A stretch of DNA of 64,000 nt from Magallana gigas. Taxonomy: Eukaryota. Shown here in pieces: positions 1-20,555 of the stretch. The first letter of the stretch is position 1. Each line of letters begins with the position of its first letter. Position numbers and translations under genes: made by a program. Below the pieces are notes generated by a model. The model saw only the letters and a list, made by a program, of their open reading frames with translations, did not search any database and was not told where the DNA came from. The stretch is taken from contig NC_088854.1 of the NCBI RefSeq assembly GCF_963853765.1, positions 51,212,001 to 51,276,000 on the forward strand, written 5' to 3'.

Positions 1-6132
<6,132 letters not shown>

Positions 6133-7737
6133 ATTTGTGACTATCTAAGAGTTCCTGGCATTGTTTGACCTACATATCAGTATGGGGCTTATCGATACAT
6201 GCTATAAGTAAGAGAACCAGTGCTGGTCCCGGCAGGTACACGTACGACTGGTTTGTTATAAAATCGTGATTCAAGACTCTCCATTCTGTTTGACCAAAAA
6301 AAAGATTTTTTTTTTTAAATTCTTTGTGGTAAAATTTAGATTGCACTCAATCAAATAAACTTCAAATGCGGATAAGTTCAGGCTGTTGTGACGTGTAATA
6401 AGTTTGCTGTGAGATGTGTTACATGTACTATGATTCAAGTTTACCCTTAGGGTCAATAAGTGGTACCGTTGTTTACAAATATGAAGATAAGTCAGAAATT
6501 GACCAAAATGAATATCAATAAATACATGTATACACTATCTTTTATTTACATCTACCGAGTATGATTCTGGACTAAACGAAATTATCACATTGATGTCAGA
6601 CTCGAATTCCCAGAGAAGACGGTTTTGACTATTTCTTTTATCTAACCTACTTATGTACATTAAAAGTAATTTAGTTAATTTAGCTTACTTTTACAATCAA
6701 TTTATTATACTTTGTCAAAAGAAAAATGTAAATATAAACACTGAATGGTTTCTTTGATGATTCATGCAGATTATGATAGGTAACGATCATTGCAGAAAAA
6801 AACAAAGAAAGCATTTTATTGTTTAAATATTGTAAATTTTGTAGGAGCATTTAGATAATAGAGAACAGTCATTGTCAATGTTTTAATCGTTAAACAACTA
6901 TACTCGTAGTTACCAGGGTTTCAAATTTTTAAGAGCTTGTGATTCAAATGCCTGCATTACTTAGGAATTCAAATCAGTTGATAATAAAATGTTTTGATTT
7001 GATCGCTAATTCACATTCATGGCTTTAATTCACGCATGCTAAAACATTTGATTTTAAAGTTTATTTTGTAAACAATTTTAAAACAGCACTTGACAAGATT
7101 TTTTGTTCTTTACACATAAATGAAGGTACATAAATCAGGTTTTTTTCCTAAGTAAACAGATTCATTGCATGATATCAAATACCGGTACAAAAAATGCTTT
7201 GTGACTGAATTCAGACAAAATGAGTACACACAACAAACCATGATCTCGTTTAAAAGGAAAATGCTTCAAGGAAAGACTATTATACTATACTCTAGGACAT
7301 TTATTTGCAAGAATAAACACAAATTAAAGCAAAGGAGCTGTCAAATATGTGCTCGGCACTACACAGAGCTAGTAATTGTTGACTTGTTAATTTGTACACG
7401 AATGGTACAATGAATGCAACAGTTACAATGTTATTGTACATTTCTGTCCTGCAATGTAATAAAAAGTACTCATTAGTTATGAGAACTTGTTTCTGATCAT
7501 CTTGATTTATTCCATAAAACATGTTCATCGCCCCCTCCCCCCCCCCAAAAAAAATAAAAAATAAATTCACGATTCTTTTAGCTGTAAGTATAATCAACAT
7601 TCGTTTATTTTTCTTCAACATGCAAAAGTTACATTGGACATCTATAAGTATACAACCAAGAGTGTCAGAATCATCAGCAACAGATCGGGAACATTGTGCA
7701 CGCTAATACAACCCCTCTCAATAAAGTAATTATATAA

Positions 7738-7988
7738 TACCTCATACGTTATGCTCAAACTTACCTCTTACATAGTGCTCAAACATACCTCATACGTAAA
7801 GCTCAAACATACCCCATATGTAATACTCAAACATACCTCATACATATTGCTTAAACATACCCTATTTGTAATACTCAACCATATCACAGACGAAATACTC
7901 ATATAAACCTCATATTTATATATTCAAAAATACATGTATCTCATATGTAATACTCAGACATAATTCATACGTAATACTAAAAATACCT
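7738..7988. repeat. Degenerate ~24-bp minisatellite
   Basis: About 10 units resembling atacctcatacgtaatactcaaac, downstream of the ABCB6 stop. Confidence 0.75.
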
Positions 7989-8197
7989 TAGTTTTATTCA
8001 TACTATTTTATAGAATTCGTACATTCAAAGACTAACACTTTTTTGGGACCCCTTTCTCTACTCAACCATTCATCCATAAAATTTGACATATATAATAAAT
8101 ATTTCACTTTGTGAATAACAAATGGTTCATGGCAGGGTTTTTTTTAACAATGTCATCTTATTATAACAGCAGTATCCCAATCTAGGAAGGCTTTTCA

Positions 8198-10260
8198 TCA
8201 GCTGGCACCGTCGTCTGCTGAGCCAGTTGATGACGTAGAGCTTAAGGCGCCATTGTCTTTATCGGTATGGTTCTGTAGTTGCTGTTTCCACATCTCCTTG
8301 TAAAATCCTCCGTGCAATAACAGCTCATCATGTCTAAAATATATACAATAAAATTCATAGTGCTTTGGTCCAAAACATAGAAATGGATTCAAATGCAAAA
8401 TGTTTGCATGTCGGACTTCATAAGAATATATTTTTACGATGTCATTTTGCGTTTGCGCTTAGCTGGGGGGGGGGGGGGGGGTAACACTTTCAATAAGACA
8501 TTGCGTATAACTGAAAATTGAAGCTGGTACATACCTGCCCTTCTCTATGATCTCTCCCTCCTTCATCACTAAGATCTGGTGAGCGTGTATGATCGTAGAC
8601 AGCCGATGAGCCACGATTATCGTAGTGCGGTTACGACAGATCTCTTCCAGGGAGGCCTGGATGTATCGCTCCGTGCTTGTATCCAGAGCCGATGTCGCCT
8701 GCGTACAAGAATATAATAAAATTACGATCATCATCATTACCAACAATTAAAGAGCAGGACATCAGACATCCACGGTTAATCAAATAATATTCAGACTATG
8801 ATAGTTATAAATCCTTCGGCCCTGGTATTATATAACTATATAAATATATCATCAAGAAATAACTACCTCATCAAGAAGAACGATAGCTGGGTTTTTCAGT
8901 ATGGTTCTGGCTATGGCCACTCGTTGTTTTTCGCCGCCGCTCAATTTTAACCCCCTCTCTCCTACCACTGTTTCATAGCCTGACCAAAAAATATCCAACT
9001 AAATATATAATATAATGATTTTTTTGTGGATAGCTAATTTTTTAAAAAGATTAACTCTTGTTTGCAGGTCCAAGCTACAGTCGTCGCATTTATTGCTTCC
9101 TTATACATGTATATACTATTTAACTTTTTAAAATTTCCTCTTCACTTCCCATAGAAAGTTTTTTTTTTGTTAGGATTTCCCTCCCCTTACCCTCAGGAAA
9201 GCTGAGGATCCTGTTGTGTATATCCGCCGCCTCGGCCGCCTCCAGCACGTCCACGTCATCAGCTTCCTGGTTCCCGTACCGGATGTTGTACCGGATGTCC
9301 TGGTTAAACAGCACGGTGTCCTGCGGGACCACCCCGATCTGTTTCTGGAGGGAGACCTGTGTTACCTGGACAGGTGAATAAAATAAGGGTGTTACTCTTT
9401 CTCTCCAAAAGCGCGCATACTAGTATTTCAAAAACAACATGGACCAAGTTGATTATGTTTGCTTGATTGTGTACCTGTGAAATATCTTGCCCATCAATAA
9501 GAATGGCGCCACCTTGAATGTCATAGAAACGGAACAGAAGACGGACAATGGTACTTTTACCGCTTCCTGAGTGGCCAACCTGGAAGGGAATTGCTTATAA
9601 AATAAATATGAGTTGATCTTATAACCCAATAGTTTTGTTAGTTCACAGCTAGGCAAATGAGAGGAAATATTCATAATCCATCTAAACACTGCCTTTCTGT
9701 CGAAATTTCACACCAGTGAACATAGAGTCGTTGATTATTTGAAGAGATTCTCACCAATGCAAACGTTTGTCCGGCTGGAACTGTAAAAGACAGGTTCTTC
9801 AGGATTGGCCGCCTAAAGGAGACCAAGAAAAATGACAAAGTAAAGTCACATATTTCTTAGCAGACGATAATACATTTCAATCAACATTACAAAAAGCATC
9901 AAACAAAACGCTCTGCTTACTCTTTGGTGTAGCTGAATGAAACATCCTTGAATTCAATTTGTCCTCCATGTAGAACCAGACCGGAAGCGCCCATTGGATC
10001 GTTTATCTACAAAACCATGCACCATTGAAGTAGGTTTGTTATATGACCATCAGTCTTAATGCTAGTAAAACAAATGATGAAAAAATCCAAATACCTCAGG
10101 TTTTTCTTGCAACAGTTCAAACATATTCTCCATATCAATGAACGCCTGTTGAATCATTCTATAGGGGTGAAAAAAGAGAGAAAATGGGGATTAACAAAAT
10201 AAAAGCAATAAATGGAAATAAATGGAAAGAATATAATCCATCAACTCTTTCACAATATCA

Positions 10261-10352
<92 letters not shown>

Positions 10353-13300
10353 TCGCTACCTATAGTAGGTGCCGATCCAGTTGAGGGGTCCGTAGAGCTG
10401 AGTGATGTAGGTCCCGAACAGGATGTAGTCCCCCACGGTCAGCTTGAGCCCATCGATGTCGTCCACCACGCAGTAGGCACACAGCAGTGATCCCACGCAG
10501 AAGCCCACTGTAATCGTGATATTCTGGAGGCAGCTCAGCAGGTTAAGCGACGCAGTGGATTTGAACTCCGCCAACTTAGAATTGAAAAAAAAAAATTCAA
10601 CGTATATAGACTATCTTGTATTAGGCCACATAAATAAGGGGACATGGGAGAGTTTGGCTTTGTGTTTGGAACTTCGCAAACTTCATACTGATGAAAAAAT
10701 ACATAACTTAATGAATACTCTGATATTGATCAAGATAGAGGTCAGCTTTGGGTTTTAGATAGTAATTTAGTGAAGTACAACAGGATGTGAAGTACCACAG
10801 GATTTACCTGAAAACTGTGGATTGCTTTATCGTATCTTCCGATTTCAAAATCTGAAGCAGCATAGTACTTCACCTGTAGAGAAAGTGTCAATATCTGAAG
10901 AATTAAGAGCAAGATGTTACTAAGACGATATTCGTCTGATTTCTGATCATGCATACGGCTATATGAAAGGATTAGTAACTGTTTGAAGCAGGGATAGAAA
11001 GGCATTACGATAGAACTAGTAAACTATCCAACCGCCTTAAAATCACGGTCCAATGCAATCAACATAAGGTGATTTACCGTTTCGAAGTTGAGCAGGGAAT
11101 CGACAGCGGTCTGGTTTCTCTGGTTGTCCAGGCGATTCTGAAGACGTCTGTATTTAGTCCGCCATTCTGTGATCAGAATCGTAATGCCTGCAATGAGAAA
11201 TTTAATTCAAAGACATTTAGTTCTGTGACCTCTGTGCTCAATACTAATGAAACTTTGTCCTTGCAGTTACTGGCGAAACATAAAATACTTATAAGTAAAG
11301 GACTAACCTAAGTAAAACAGCATGCACATGAAGGTGATTATTCCGAAGATGTAGTTAAACGCCAGGACGAAGTACATGATGGCGAGGATTACATCCACGA
11401 TGGTCGGGAAAATATTGAATAAAATGTACCTGTATAAAAAGAAGCTTTCTTTAAAAATGCATGCTTTCCTCACGAACAAATTTTTCTATTCTGCCCTATT
11501 GTTCCAAAAATTAAAAAAAAAAAGTTTTGCTATAATTTTGAGGATGGTAGAAAAGATACGTCAATGGACGGAAAACAGGTAAAGATCTTTTGATGAATCT
11601 TTCCTTTTGAGACTGACCCCAGTAAGCTGTTAATGCTTGTTGTTCCTCGGTCGATTGTCCTCAGAACTTCTCCCGTCTTCCTCTCCAAGTGCCAACGCAG
11701 GGATAGACTGAAACCAGTAATACAGATTTGTTACGCCTAAATGACATTTCAATTAGATCTTATTTATTGCTGTTAAACTTGCATGTCTTTGATATTGGTA
11801 TTTTATTTTGCAACGATTTTTTAGAGGTAATGGATATTTCAAAAGTGAGCGTAGATCGTTTCAAGAATATTTGTGAATGCGTGTATTAGTTATGGCATTT
11901 GGCGATGTACTTTTTGGGAGTTGATTTTAATCAACTCTCCTATGCAGTTACTCTGGCAAACCGAAACAGTATTTGGTCCTAATCACAAATAATCACCGCT
12001 GACAAGAATTAGTTCTTGAAAATAATCGATAAATTCGATGTAATGTACGCTGAAGCATTGTTTTTAAAGGAAACTTATTTATAAATACCTAAAAAATAGT
12101 AAGATTTTAAATAGTACGACCAATTTAGAAGTTTTTTGCAGTCGTATGTATTCCTACGCCAGAGTTCAATTTTGTCTCGTTCAACCATCGGCTGTCTCCG
12201 TTCATCTCCGACAAGCAGAGAGTCAGTCTATATTTAGAGGTCATCAAGTTATAAATCACGTGACCTGGTATCTCTTGTCGGAGATTAACGGAGACAGCCG
12301 AGCATCTGGTTGAACGAGACTAGAGTTCATTATTGGTTGGATCCATACACTTTTTGAAATATTTCGAATACCGATACATAGTTTGATGAAATCAATTCTA
12401 TTTTTTAATATAACACAACATGATTCATAAGAGGTTTTCTCGAAATTCTTGTCGGAAAAGTCCGAGAATCCATATTATAAAAATGTGCGTAATTCAAATA
12501 GAGATTAAAACTACTTGCCAAGCAAAATAACATATCGTTGATTTTAAAATAAAAAACAATCGATAAAATCAACTCCTGTTAGTACTTCAGTACTTTGATT
12601 ATTTGTTGGAAGCTCTGTTCCGCCAAAACCCAATTTAACCCTCTTAAAAATATAACATATTTTTAAAATGAGTGTGTAATATGTTAGCATAGTTTAGTTA
12701 TATTGGACTGTACCTGTGAAGATGGCGGAGAAATTTGAGCTGGATACGGCGAGTGGTGTATTGCTGAATGGGGATCCACAGAAAGGCGCGCAGATTGTTC
12801 AGGAACCCGGTGGTACCTGGTCAGACAGAGGTTAGTATGTTAGAAAATAAAAGGAAGAGAAATTGGTGTGGCTATCCCAAAGCATAGCATGCTTTATTAC
12901 TATGCGAGATCGGCTGCTCATTTAGAGGATTGTCATTTTTTTCTTTAATTTTCCCTTTCAAAGTCAGGTATGTTGATGGTATAGTTATAAGTTTTATGTT
13001 TTGCTTATTTGTTTTTTGTTTTTTGCTTTTACCTGTTCCTCCTCCCCTCATAAATAGAAGCAGACAGTAGAGCAGGATCAGGTCCCATCTAAACACAGGG
13101 GCAATCAGTTCACCAGACTCAGTCTTGGTGGGCGTCAAACTATCGACTTAAACAAGAAAATATAACAGTAGTTCAAAACCCAGCAGTGAAAGAAAATAGT
13201 TCCCACACAATGTTCGTGATGCTTTTGCTGTATTATTTAAGATTTTCTTACCTATACGTTTGGTATATTCTGGAACAAACAGGTTGACAACTCTTCCAGA

Positions 13301-14241
13301 GACCAAGATGATGAAGCAGACGAACACCAGAAATTGGCGCCAAAAACTCCCCTTCGGCCATACTATAGGAATCATCATGCGAATGTTTTCTTTTAGACCC
13401 TTCCACGAAGACTCTTTAAGGTTTGACTTTGGCTCCTAAAATCAATATATTAACTTCTTCACCAGTGTTTTAAGGGATTTGACCAACAACCTGTTTGTGA
13501 CAGTTTCATTAACTTCTTACCTTTCTGATGCGTGTGGTTAGATGGGCACAGCTTCTCGGAAGACTTGGGGCCCATAATCCTAGAATTAGGAGACTGATGG
13601 ATCCAATGTACCGGATCAACCAAAGTCCAAACTCCACTCTCTTAGACACACTGCAGTTAAGGAAAACGGGTTAGGACAATTCATCAACATCGCCCATTAC
13701 TGGAAATGTTATATCGAAGAAACCTTACTGTATGGAGACATTCTACTTACGTATCTTCATTCCACCAATAAATCTTGCTGTTCCAAGAAATAAAATACAA
13801 ACTCTCCTTGACAAACACTAGAGTCCAGAACACTAGGAGAGCGAACCCGTGCCCCCGGACAAACCTGGGGAGGGTCTCGTTCCTCTCCAAGAGTAGGAGT
13901 CGCATGGAGAAGGACCACACGTAAAACATACTAAAGAGCACCACCACGTGGGACCCTGACAGGTCGCGGGTCCCAATGGTGGTGTCGTGTAGGATGACAT
14001 GGACCATCACTTCGTTCATCAGGATCACCACTATCGTAATCTGTATCACCAGCCCCACGGGGCTGGGCTTGAAGTTAGGGTCTATCCTTCTCCCATATTT
14101 GGCGTAGGTCGCTAGTTGTCCCGATCCGACTATTGTCATAAAGGCCACCAAAACGATGGACCAGACGGTTTCGTAGAAGCACCGGTTTATTCCACTGTCG
14201 ACCCAAATTTCCGTAAAATTGTACTCGCCACAATAATACAT
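8198..14241 (-). CDS. ABCB6: ATP-binding cassette half transporter ABCB6 / HMT-1 type
   Basis: About 17 spliced exons. N-terminal TMD0 exon 14241-13751 ([13 protein letters not shown]..), TMD motifs ([73 protein letters not shown]), Walker [11 protein letters not shown]-loop VPQDTVLFN, signature [13 protein letters not shown], Walker B ILLDE-like (IVLLDEATSALD), H-loop IVAHRLSTI, stop at 8198. Confidence 0.95.
10263..10349. repeat. (CT)n microsatellite
   Basis: Uninterrupted TC dinucleotide run inside an ABCB6 intron. Confidence 0.97.
12174..12320. mobile_element. Short MITE with long terminal inverted repeats
   Basis: Left gtctcgttcaacca-tcggctgtctccgttcatctccgacaag pairs with right cttgtcggagattaacggagacagccgagcatctggttgaacgagac. 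An 8-bp agagttca occurs on both flanks (possible target-site duplication, offset by 4 nt on the left). Confidence 0.75.
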
Positions 14242-15472
14242 TATTCCAATTAATAATAACAGTTACTGTGTGCGAGTTCAAGAGGAGGAATTTTAACAGC
14301 GCGTTTCACTTTGAGTTTAGAAACTTTCTGGTATAGAAGATTGAAATCTAACCTCAATGTGGAACAAAAAACTCTCCCTATCTAATGCTCGAATAAGTAT
14401 GTTTTGACACTGGGAGATTTTTTTTCCAATAGTGAAGAGAGAGCGAGTGCCGTCACATGACGAATATAAGAAATACGGATGGCCTTGAAGAAATTTCATT
14501 CAGAAGTAGATGTCCTACTATCGTATTAAAGGTAACTGCCACTGATATCTTATGACGAAGTATTTACAATTTCTTTTATATAATTTTAAAATCAAAACTA
14601 TTTGATTTTTTTTTTATTTGTTTCATTTATATTGACAATGATTTGATTAAAACATAATTATGAAAATGTAATTGCACTGCAATAAAGAGCAAAATAATGT
14701 AAACCTGTTATAAAATAGCAGAAAAATTACGATATACATATTTACAACGATATACTTTCTAAATATGAGTGGTATTTAATTTATTTGTTTTACATACAAA
14801 AATAAGTTTACATGAAGAACACGTTTTCTCTAATACACGAGACTTTTTTAGCGTGTGACCGTGAATTTTTTATACGGAGTCACATGAGAGCGGTATTTCT
14901 ACACTCTGATGAACATCACACACACTCCACTCAATGCCACAGGTATAAACAGACGGTGACCAGGTGTAAATCTACAAACAGATCACAAACTACGACGGTA
15001 TTTCCTTGTTATAAAAGTGCATGCGCTGTTATAGCGTTTGTAAATCGAGTTAATATCAGATATGACTGTCACTTTTTATTGTATTCGGATATACAAAATG
15101 TACATATGTATGTGAGTATGTCCGCTCGTTTATTGATTCATTGGCCGCGCATTAAGTGGATATGTTTAACTTTTATAAATTAATCCAAAAAAACATTGTA
15201 CTGGTTTTTATTTCATTTATTAACCTATAGTTATACAGCATTCCCGTGTTTTGAGGAAATTGTCGTTGTTATGAATCCAGACCTCGCCGTCAACAAAATA
15301 TTCAAATCACTCAACTCAATCCTCAACTCGAATTCTTAAAGGCATAAATCATGCTCGGATTAGAGGCTGCGTATTGACGTGAGGAAAGTTGGTGACGGCG
15401 GGGCCACGTCATTGATTCTGTCAATGTACAAGCATATATTCATCCATACCAAGTATCACATTCTTCCGTTCA

Positions 15473-18400
15473 TCAATACAGTTTTACTGGTACATCTGGA
15501 CTGTTTGTGTTTTCTGTGCAGTGGTGATTTCTTAGCGCCGTTACCGTGGATGTAATCCAGGGACTGATTGTGGAGACATCTGTATACACACTCGGGTAAT
15601 TCTTACACGTGCTGGACCCCCAAGATGTGACGCCTACTAAAATATAGGATCCGCCCCAACAACACACTAATGGGGACCCGCTATCACCCTGATAAATAAA
15701 TATCAGTTGGTAAAAAAAATGAATGGAACGATGTAAATATGACCGATATTGTTCAGAAATAGATGCAACTGTTAATATATGATCGATCATGAAATTACAT
15801 GTATGCAATAGTATGCCATATTAATAAATCATATATTTACACATTCGATCGTGGCATTAAACAATAATTACATGTCGGTGTTTGTCAAGTAGTAAATCAT
15901 AAACTAACATGAAATTGTGGTCAATAAATAGATCTATATAAGGCATAACTCTTAATTTGCCCATATCTATACTACTATATTAAAATAATAGGCTCTAATT
16001 TTTGGTCTTTAATACCGAGAAATCGGAAGAATACAGTCTTTTGTTTTATATATTTTCAACATCATTGATACTTGGAGATTACCAATTTGTTTTTATTTTT
16101 TCTCAGTTAAGCTTCGCTAATTAATAATCAACGAAAATTCCTTAAAAAATCCCGGAAATCACCTGAATTTTTTTGGATTTTACAATCTTGCCCTTGCGGA
16201 ATACATTCACGCTAACGGGATCTTTGGTTTATGTTTCCACAATATCAAATCTCCATGAATAAACTCAGAAATGATAATACAGATACGGGTAAATTTTCAT
16301 TGGACTTTTGCCATATATTCTGTTCATATATATTAATGATTTCTTATGAGAGAAAGTATAAAATAACAAATATACATTTCAACTAAGTACTTATACTTTT
16401 GTCTTCGTGATGACAAAAAATATTTGATTACATGCAAAAAAGTTACATTATATTCGTTAGGAGAATGATGATAGAATATGTTTTATCGTAAAAATGAATA
16501 ATGTCCTACGTACTCAGTTTTACAAAGAAAATACGTATACGTTGGTGAAAAGGTGTTGAATTCTTCCATTCTATGGATTAACATTTTTAGTTGAAAGGTA
16601 TTTGCAGTCTCAAAAAGGTTTGTTGTGATGAATTTGACTGTTATTTTCAATGCAACTTCATTAACTTTCTCCAGAATCGTTCCGGAGCGATTCAGCAATT
16701 TTATGCTACATGTACATTACGGGTATAAGGGAGGCATTCTAACAGTGGTGAGGGCCTTTCCCGAGACACAGATTATTCAAACTAAGGAAAGTGTAGTGAA
16801 ATTAATAGCATTATTGTAGGCTTATAGCTTTGTTATGTAAATGTCAATAATAAGGTGTGTCGATCGGATGTACATATTTCGTAAATGTCCGATATGCAAT
16901 GTCAAGCCGTGCACGCACGGGTCAAAGTCTAGTCTATATTAATATAACACTTTCGGTCGATCTTTTACAATTTTTCAGACACAAGGACGTATATATGTCT
17001 CTGTCAGATATTAAAAAATATGTATTATTTTAAAGTTATTTACCTGGCACGCCGCCGTGCCCTTGTACATGGCGCATATATTGGTGCGCTTCACCAGCCC
17101 GTCCCAGTAACGCTTGGAGTTACACCTCTTGTTGCTGATGATTTCTATGTCGGCCTCTTGTAGCTGAGTGGCCAGCTCCTCGTCCCCTGTAGCTGTAAAA
17201 TAAAAATGTATGGGTAAATTATCTTAGGAAATTAGAAAATTGACCTTGAACCTGACGAATGACCTTGAACAGAGCTAGTAATCAACTTAAAGATGAAAGG
17301 TAAACCAGTTCCTTATTTCTTTTATACAAAACTATATGTCATACAACAATGTCATACAAGAAATTTTACCAATTAGTTGACAATAAGACGAGTGTTAGAG
17401 TGCACAGTCAACCTCTGGTTTGCATCGAAAGCACGTGTCACTTGAGTTGCATAGCAATAACCTCTCGTTCAGGTACACATCAGTGGTATACATGTATAAA
17501 CAGGTATATATTAAGTACGTATGCCATTATGGCATGTATTGAATTTAATATATTATCAACGCCGTATTTCAGATTCCCAATAGTATATATTAAGTACGTA
17601 TGCCATTATGGCATGTATTAAATTTGATATATTATCAACGCCGTAATTCAGATTCCCTGCTTATAGGAAACTAAGAATTAATATTTGCTGAAAGTTTACA
17701 AGATTGGAAATCAGCCTTAACTGAAATTTCGCCATGTGTGAAAAACGTCCAATGTTGTATGAAGACCTAAATATCTCAAAAAGTTTGGGAGGGGGGGGGT
17801 TCAGAAAAATAGAATTTTTTATCCAACACACATACATGTAACCTAAAAAATGATGGAAATAACTAAGATTTCCAAACCACAACTTCCAATCCCCCGTGAA
17901 CTTACCGAGACTGTTGACCCCCCAGCCGGTGATGAGACACCTGGCTTTGGATAGTTTAGGGGTGACCATCCCAGGCTCCGCGGTCCTGATGACCCCCACA
18001 CTCTCACTAAGACTGGCATTCCTCACCAGGTGTATTATCCCCACATCGTATCCACTCAGGAAATTACCTTCAAATTTCGGATGCTGGAATCGTTTCAAGA
18101 ATAAAGACATAATTTTTCAACAAATCTTATTAAATTAGATTCTTTTGATCCGCTCATGTAGATCGCTACACGAGGATGATTAAAATCATTTTACAATGAA
18201 TCGATTTAATCTATTGCACATCATAAGGCATAGTAAAATTTATAATAATCATGAAATTTTTACAATTACAATATTGTAACCATTACCGTTTCAAAAGCTG
18301 ACACCTCTATAAACTGTTCCCCGCCCTCTTGTACAGTCCGATCATAGTCACCCAGAACCACTTTGTACGAATCTTTACTATTACAAAAATTAAAGTGACA

Positions 18401-19070
18401 CATTAAAGTAATGAAAATAATAACAATTTCAAGACAATGTTAATTTGGCTATGCAATATGGTTTAAAATTGAGAATCAAAGTGCATTTACCGCAGCAATG
18501 TAATAAAAATTATAACACAAGTACTTAATGACATTAATTTCAATATTGTATTATATATGGTACCTTCTGCCCATCAGACAGTGGGCCGCCGTGAGGACGA
18601 TGTCGTACTGTATTAAGGTACCCCCACATATCAGCTGGTCCGCCACCATGATCCCGGCCTGCCAGGGCCACGCCCATCGGTCGGCGGAAGTTCCGCCGAT
18701 AATCAGCTGACGAGTCGGGGGTTGCACAGCCCTGCCAGACACTTCGTTGACTGAATGTGTACATGTACAAAACAAAATAAATGAACAAGTTACGGCGAAA
18801 AGTACATTGTAAATAAGTTTCATTATATTGCTTTATTGCTAAAGTTACACGAGACTACGCGGCAAAAAACACTGCGATACAGTCGGAACATGAAGAAGAA
18901 GAAAACCTGATAATTTTGTCCAAAACACTAAAACTGACAGAAATACGAGCTTAAACACCAGCGGTAGGCAACGATAAAGATTGCTTCTATGTCAATGATG
19001 ACTTGTACTTACTCAAATGAAGGAAGCTGATGAACATGCCAAAACAGCCTTTAAATAAACTGTCCGCCAT
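15473..19070 (-). CDS. Secreted S1A serine protease, chymotrypsin/elastase-like
   Basis: Exons 19070-19013 (MADSLFKGCFGMFISFLHL), 18750-18564 (IIGG..WPWQ..CGGTLI..LTAAHC), 18377-18287, 18083-17906 (GYDVGIIHL, ITGWG), 17192-17044 and 15688-15473 (ACQ/GDSGSPLVC, GVTSWG, YPSVYT). The His, Asp and Ser catalytic motifs are intact. Confidence 0.92.
15966..16932 (+). mobile_element. Non-autonomous Helitron
   Basis: Starts TC(TATACTACTATATTAAAATAA). Ends with the hairpin ccgtgcacgcacgg followed by CTAG. Inserted between host A (15965) and T (16933) with no target-site duplication, which are canonical Helitron termini. Confidence 0.85.
17504..17657. repeat. 79-bp tandem duplication
   Basis: gtatatattaagtacgtatgccattatggcatgtatt..gattccc at 17504 and again at 17583. 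Confidence 0.85.
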
Positions 19071-19523
19071 TGTATGGTAAAGGACAAGCACAAGATGGGT
19101 TACTTTTATACTGCAGGGATTACAAATGCTAAATTTGCGCCTGACGTACCCATCTCGATCCTGGTTAACCAAAAACAGAAGTTCATTTTAAAAAGCCCAA
19201 AACTGTTCACCTCAAGAGAAAACTCTCGAACAATTGCTGCTTAAATTAGAAAGTGTCATGACAATTGACATGGCTGAGAGGATTAGAGAAATCAAGTGTT
19301 TCTAAAAGCGGTATTGGGCCAAAATCGAGAAGATTGTCAGCCGTAATGGTAACTTAAACTTTAAATATTCTTCATTCTTTTGGAAATAAAATCGAAATGG
19401 TATAATCTTGAGAGAATGTATAATATCGCAGCAACCCAATACATGTTAAAGGACCAAGGATGCTTAACGATTCTAGTCAACTGTTGGCAATTTTGGGGGT
19501 AAATATAATATACAATTATGACC

Positions 19524-19819
19524 AAAATATATCTATGGCGGCACAGAAATACCTTTGAACGAATAAGTTAAATATATATGTTAAACTTTTTCCCGCACCC
19601 CCCCCCCTAAAAAAAAAAATTGAATTACGATTCCGCTAATACCGGTAACTTACCTGGATCAAAAGCAAGATTTAAAATATATCTATGGCGGCACAGAAAT
19701 ACCTTTGAACGAATAAGTTAAATATATATGTTAAACTTTTTCCCGCACCCCCCCCCCCTAAAAAAAAAAATTGAATTACGATTCCGCTAATACCGGTAAC
19801 TTACCTGGATCAAAAGCAA
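19524..19819. repeat. 150-bp perfect tandem duplication
   Basis: aaaatatatctatggcggcacag..ggatcaaaagcaa at 19524 and 19674. Even the poly-C and poly-A runs appear identical. Confidence 0.9.
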
Positions 19820-20555
19820 AATGTATTTTTAAAAAAACCAAACATATGTTTATTCTAAAGTGAAAGAAAAGGTGAGCATTTGAAGCTCGAATACCCCCAC
19901 GCCTCCCCTCCGACCCTTACTTGACAATACTATACACATAATGAATGGCATTGTACAAATTAAATGCACAAAATAATTTAACAAACGGACATAACTTCCC
20001 TAAAATTCATTACATCCAAAAAAGGAAAAACTGATTTGAAGGACTGACTAATGGAGGGGACTAAACAAATTTCATGTCCCTTAACAACTTGCGTGGGGTA
20101 CAATAACACAACACTACAAATGCATGATAAAGGGAAAATAGGAAGTCTGCAGTATCCAATAATGATAAAAACCCTAATTAAAACAATTTTAACAAAAGTT
20201 AAACGAAATGTTTCATAATTTATAAAATTAGATTGTTTTCAAGAAATTGTTGAATTCAATTTTAATTATTTATAAAACACTAGCGAAGATGAAATATTGC
20301 ACGGTAAGTAAAAGTACGTGTACCGTATGAGTAAATGATAAATCTTTAGCCCTCAACAATTATAAAACAAGGTGCACCAAAACAAACGCGAAAACCAATT
20401 AATAAAGTCAATTTTTGCAAACAATTTATTATCATTGCCGATTTGAAGCATGCAGAGATTCTTTAAAGAAATTTTCTAAAGTACAAGGTAAATATCGAGC
20501 GTATCTATACCCCCTGTAACCAGTGTAGGTCTCATTATCTTCACATCACGTCAGT

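Noticed and set aside
10184-10490. ORFs with SLSLSL runs
   Set aside because: These are translations of the (CT)n microsatellite plus antisense of an ABCB6 exon.
15270-15410. Imperfect inverted repeat cctcgccgtcaacaa / ttggtgacggcgggg
   Set aside because: Short and imperfect with no target-site duplication. It is probably a TE relic but cannot be classified.
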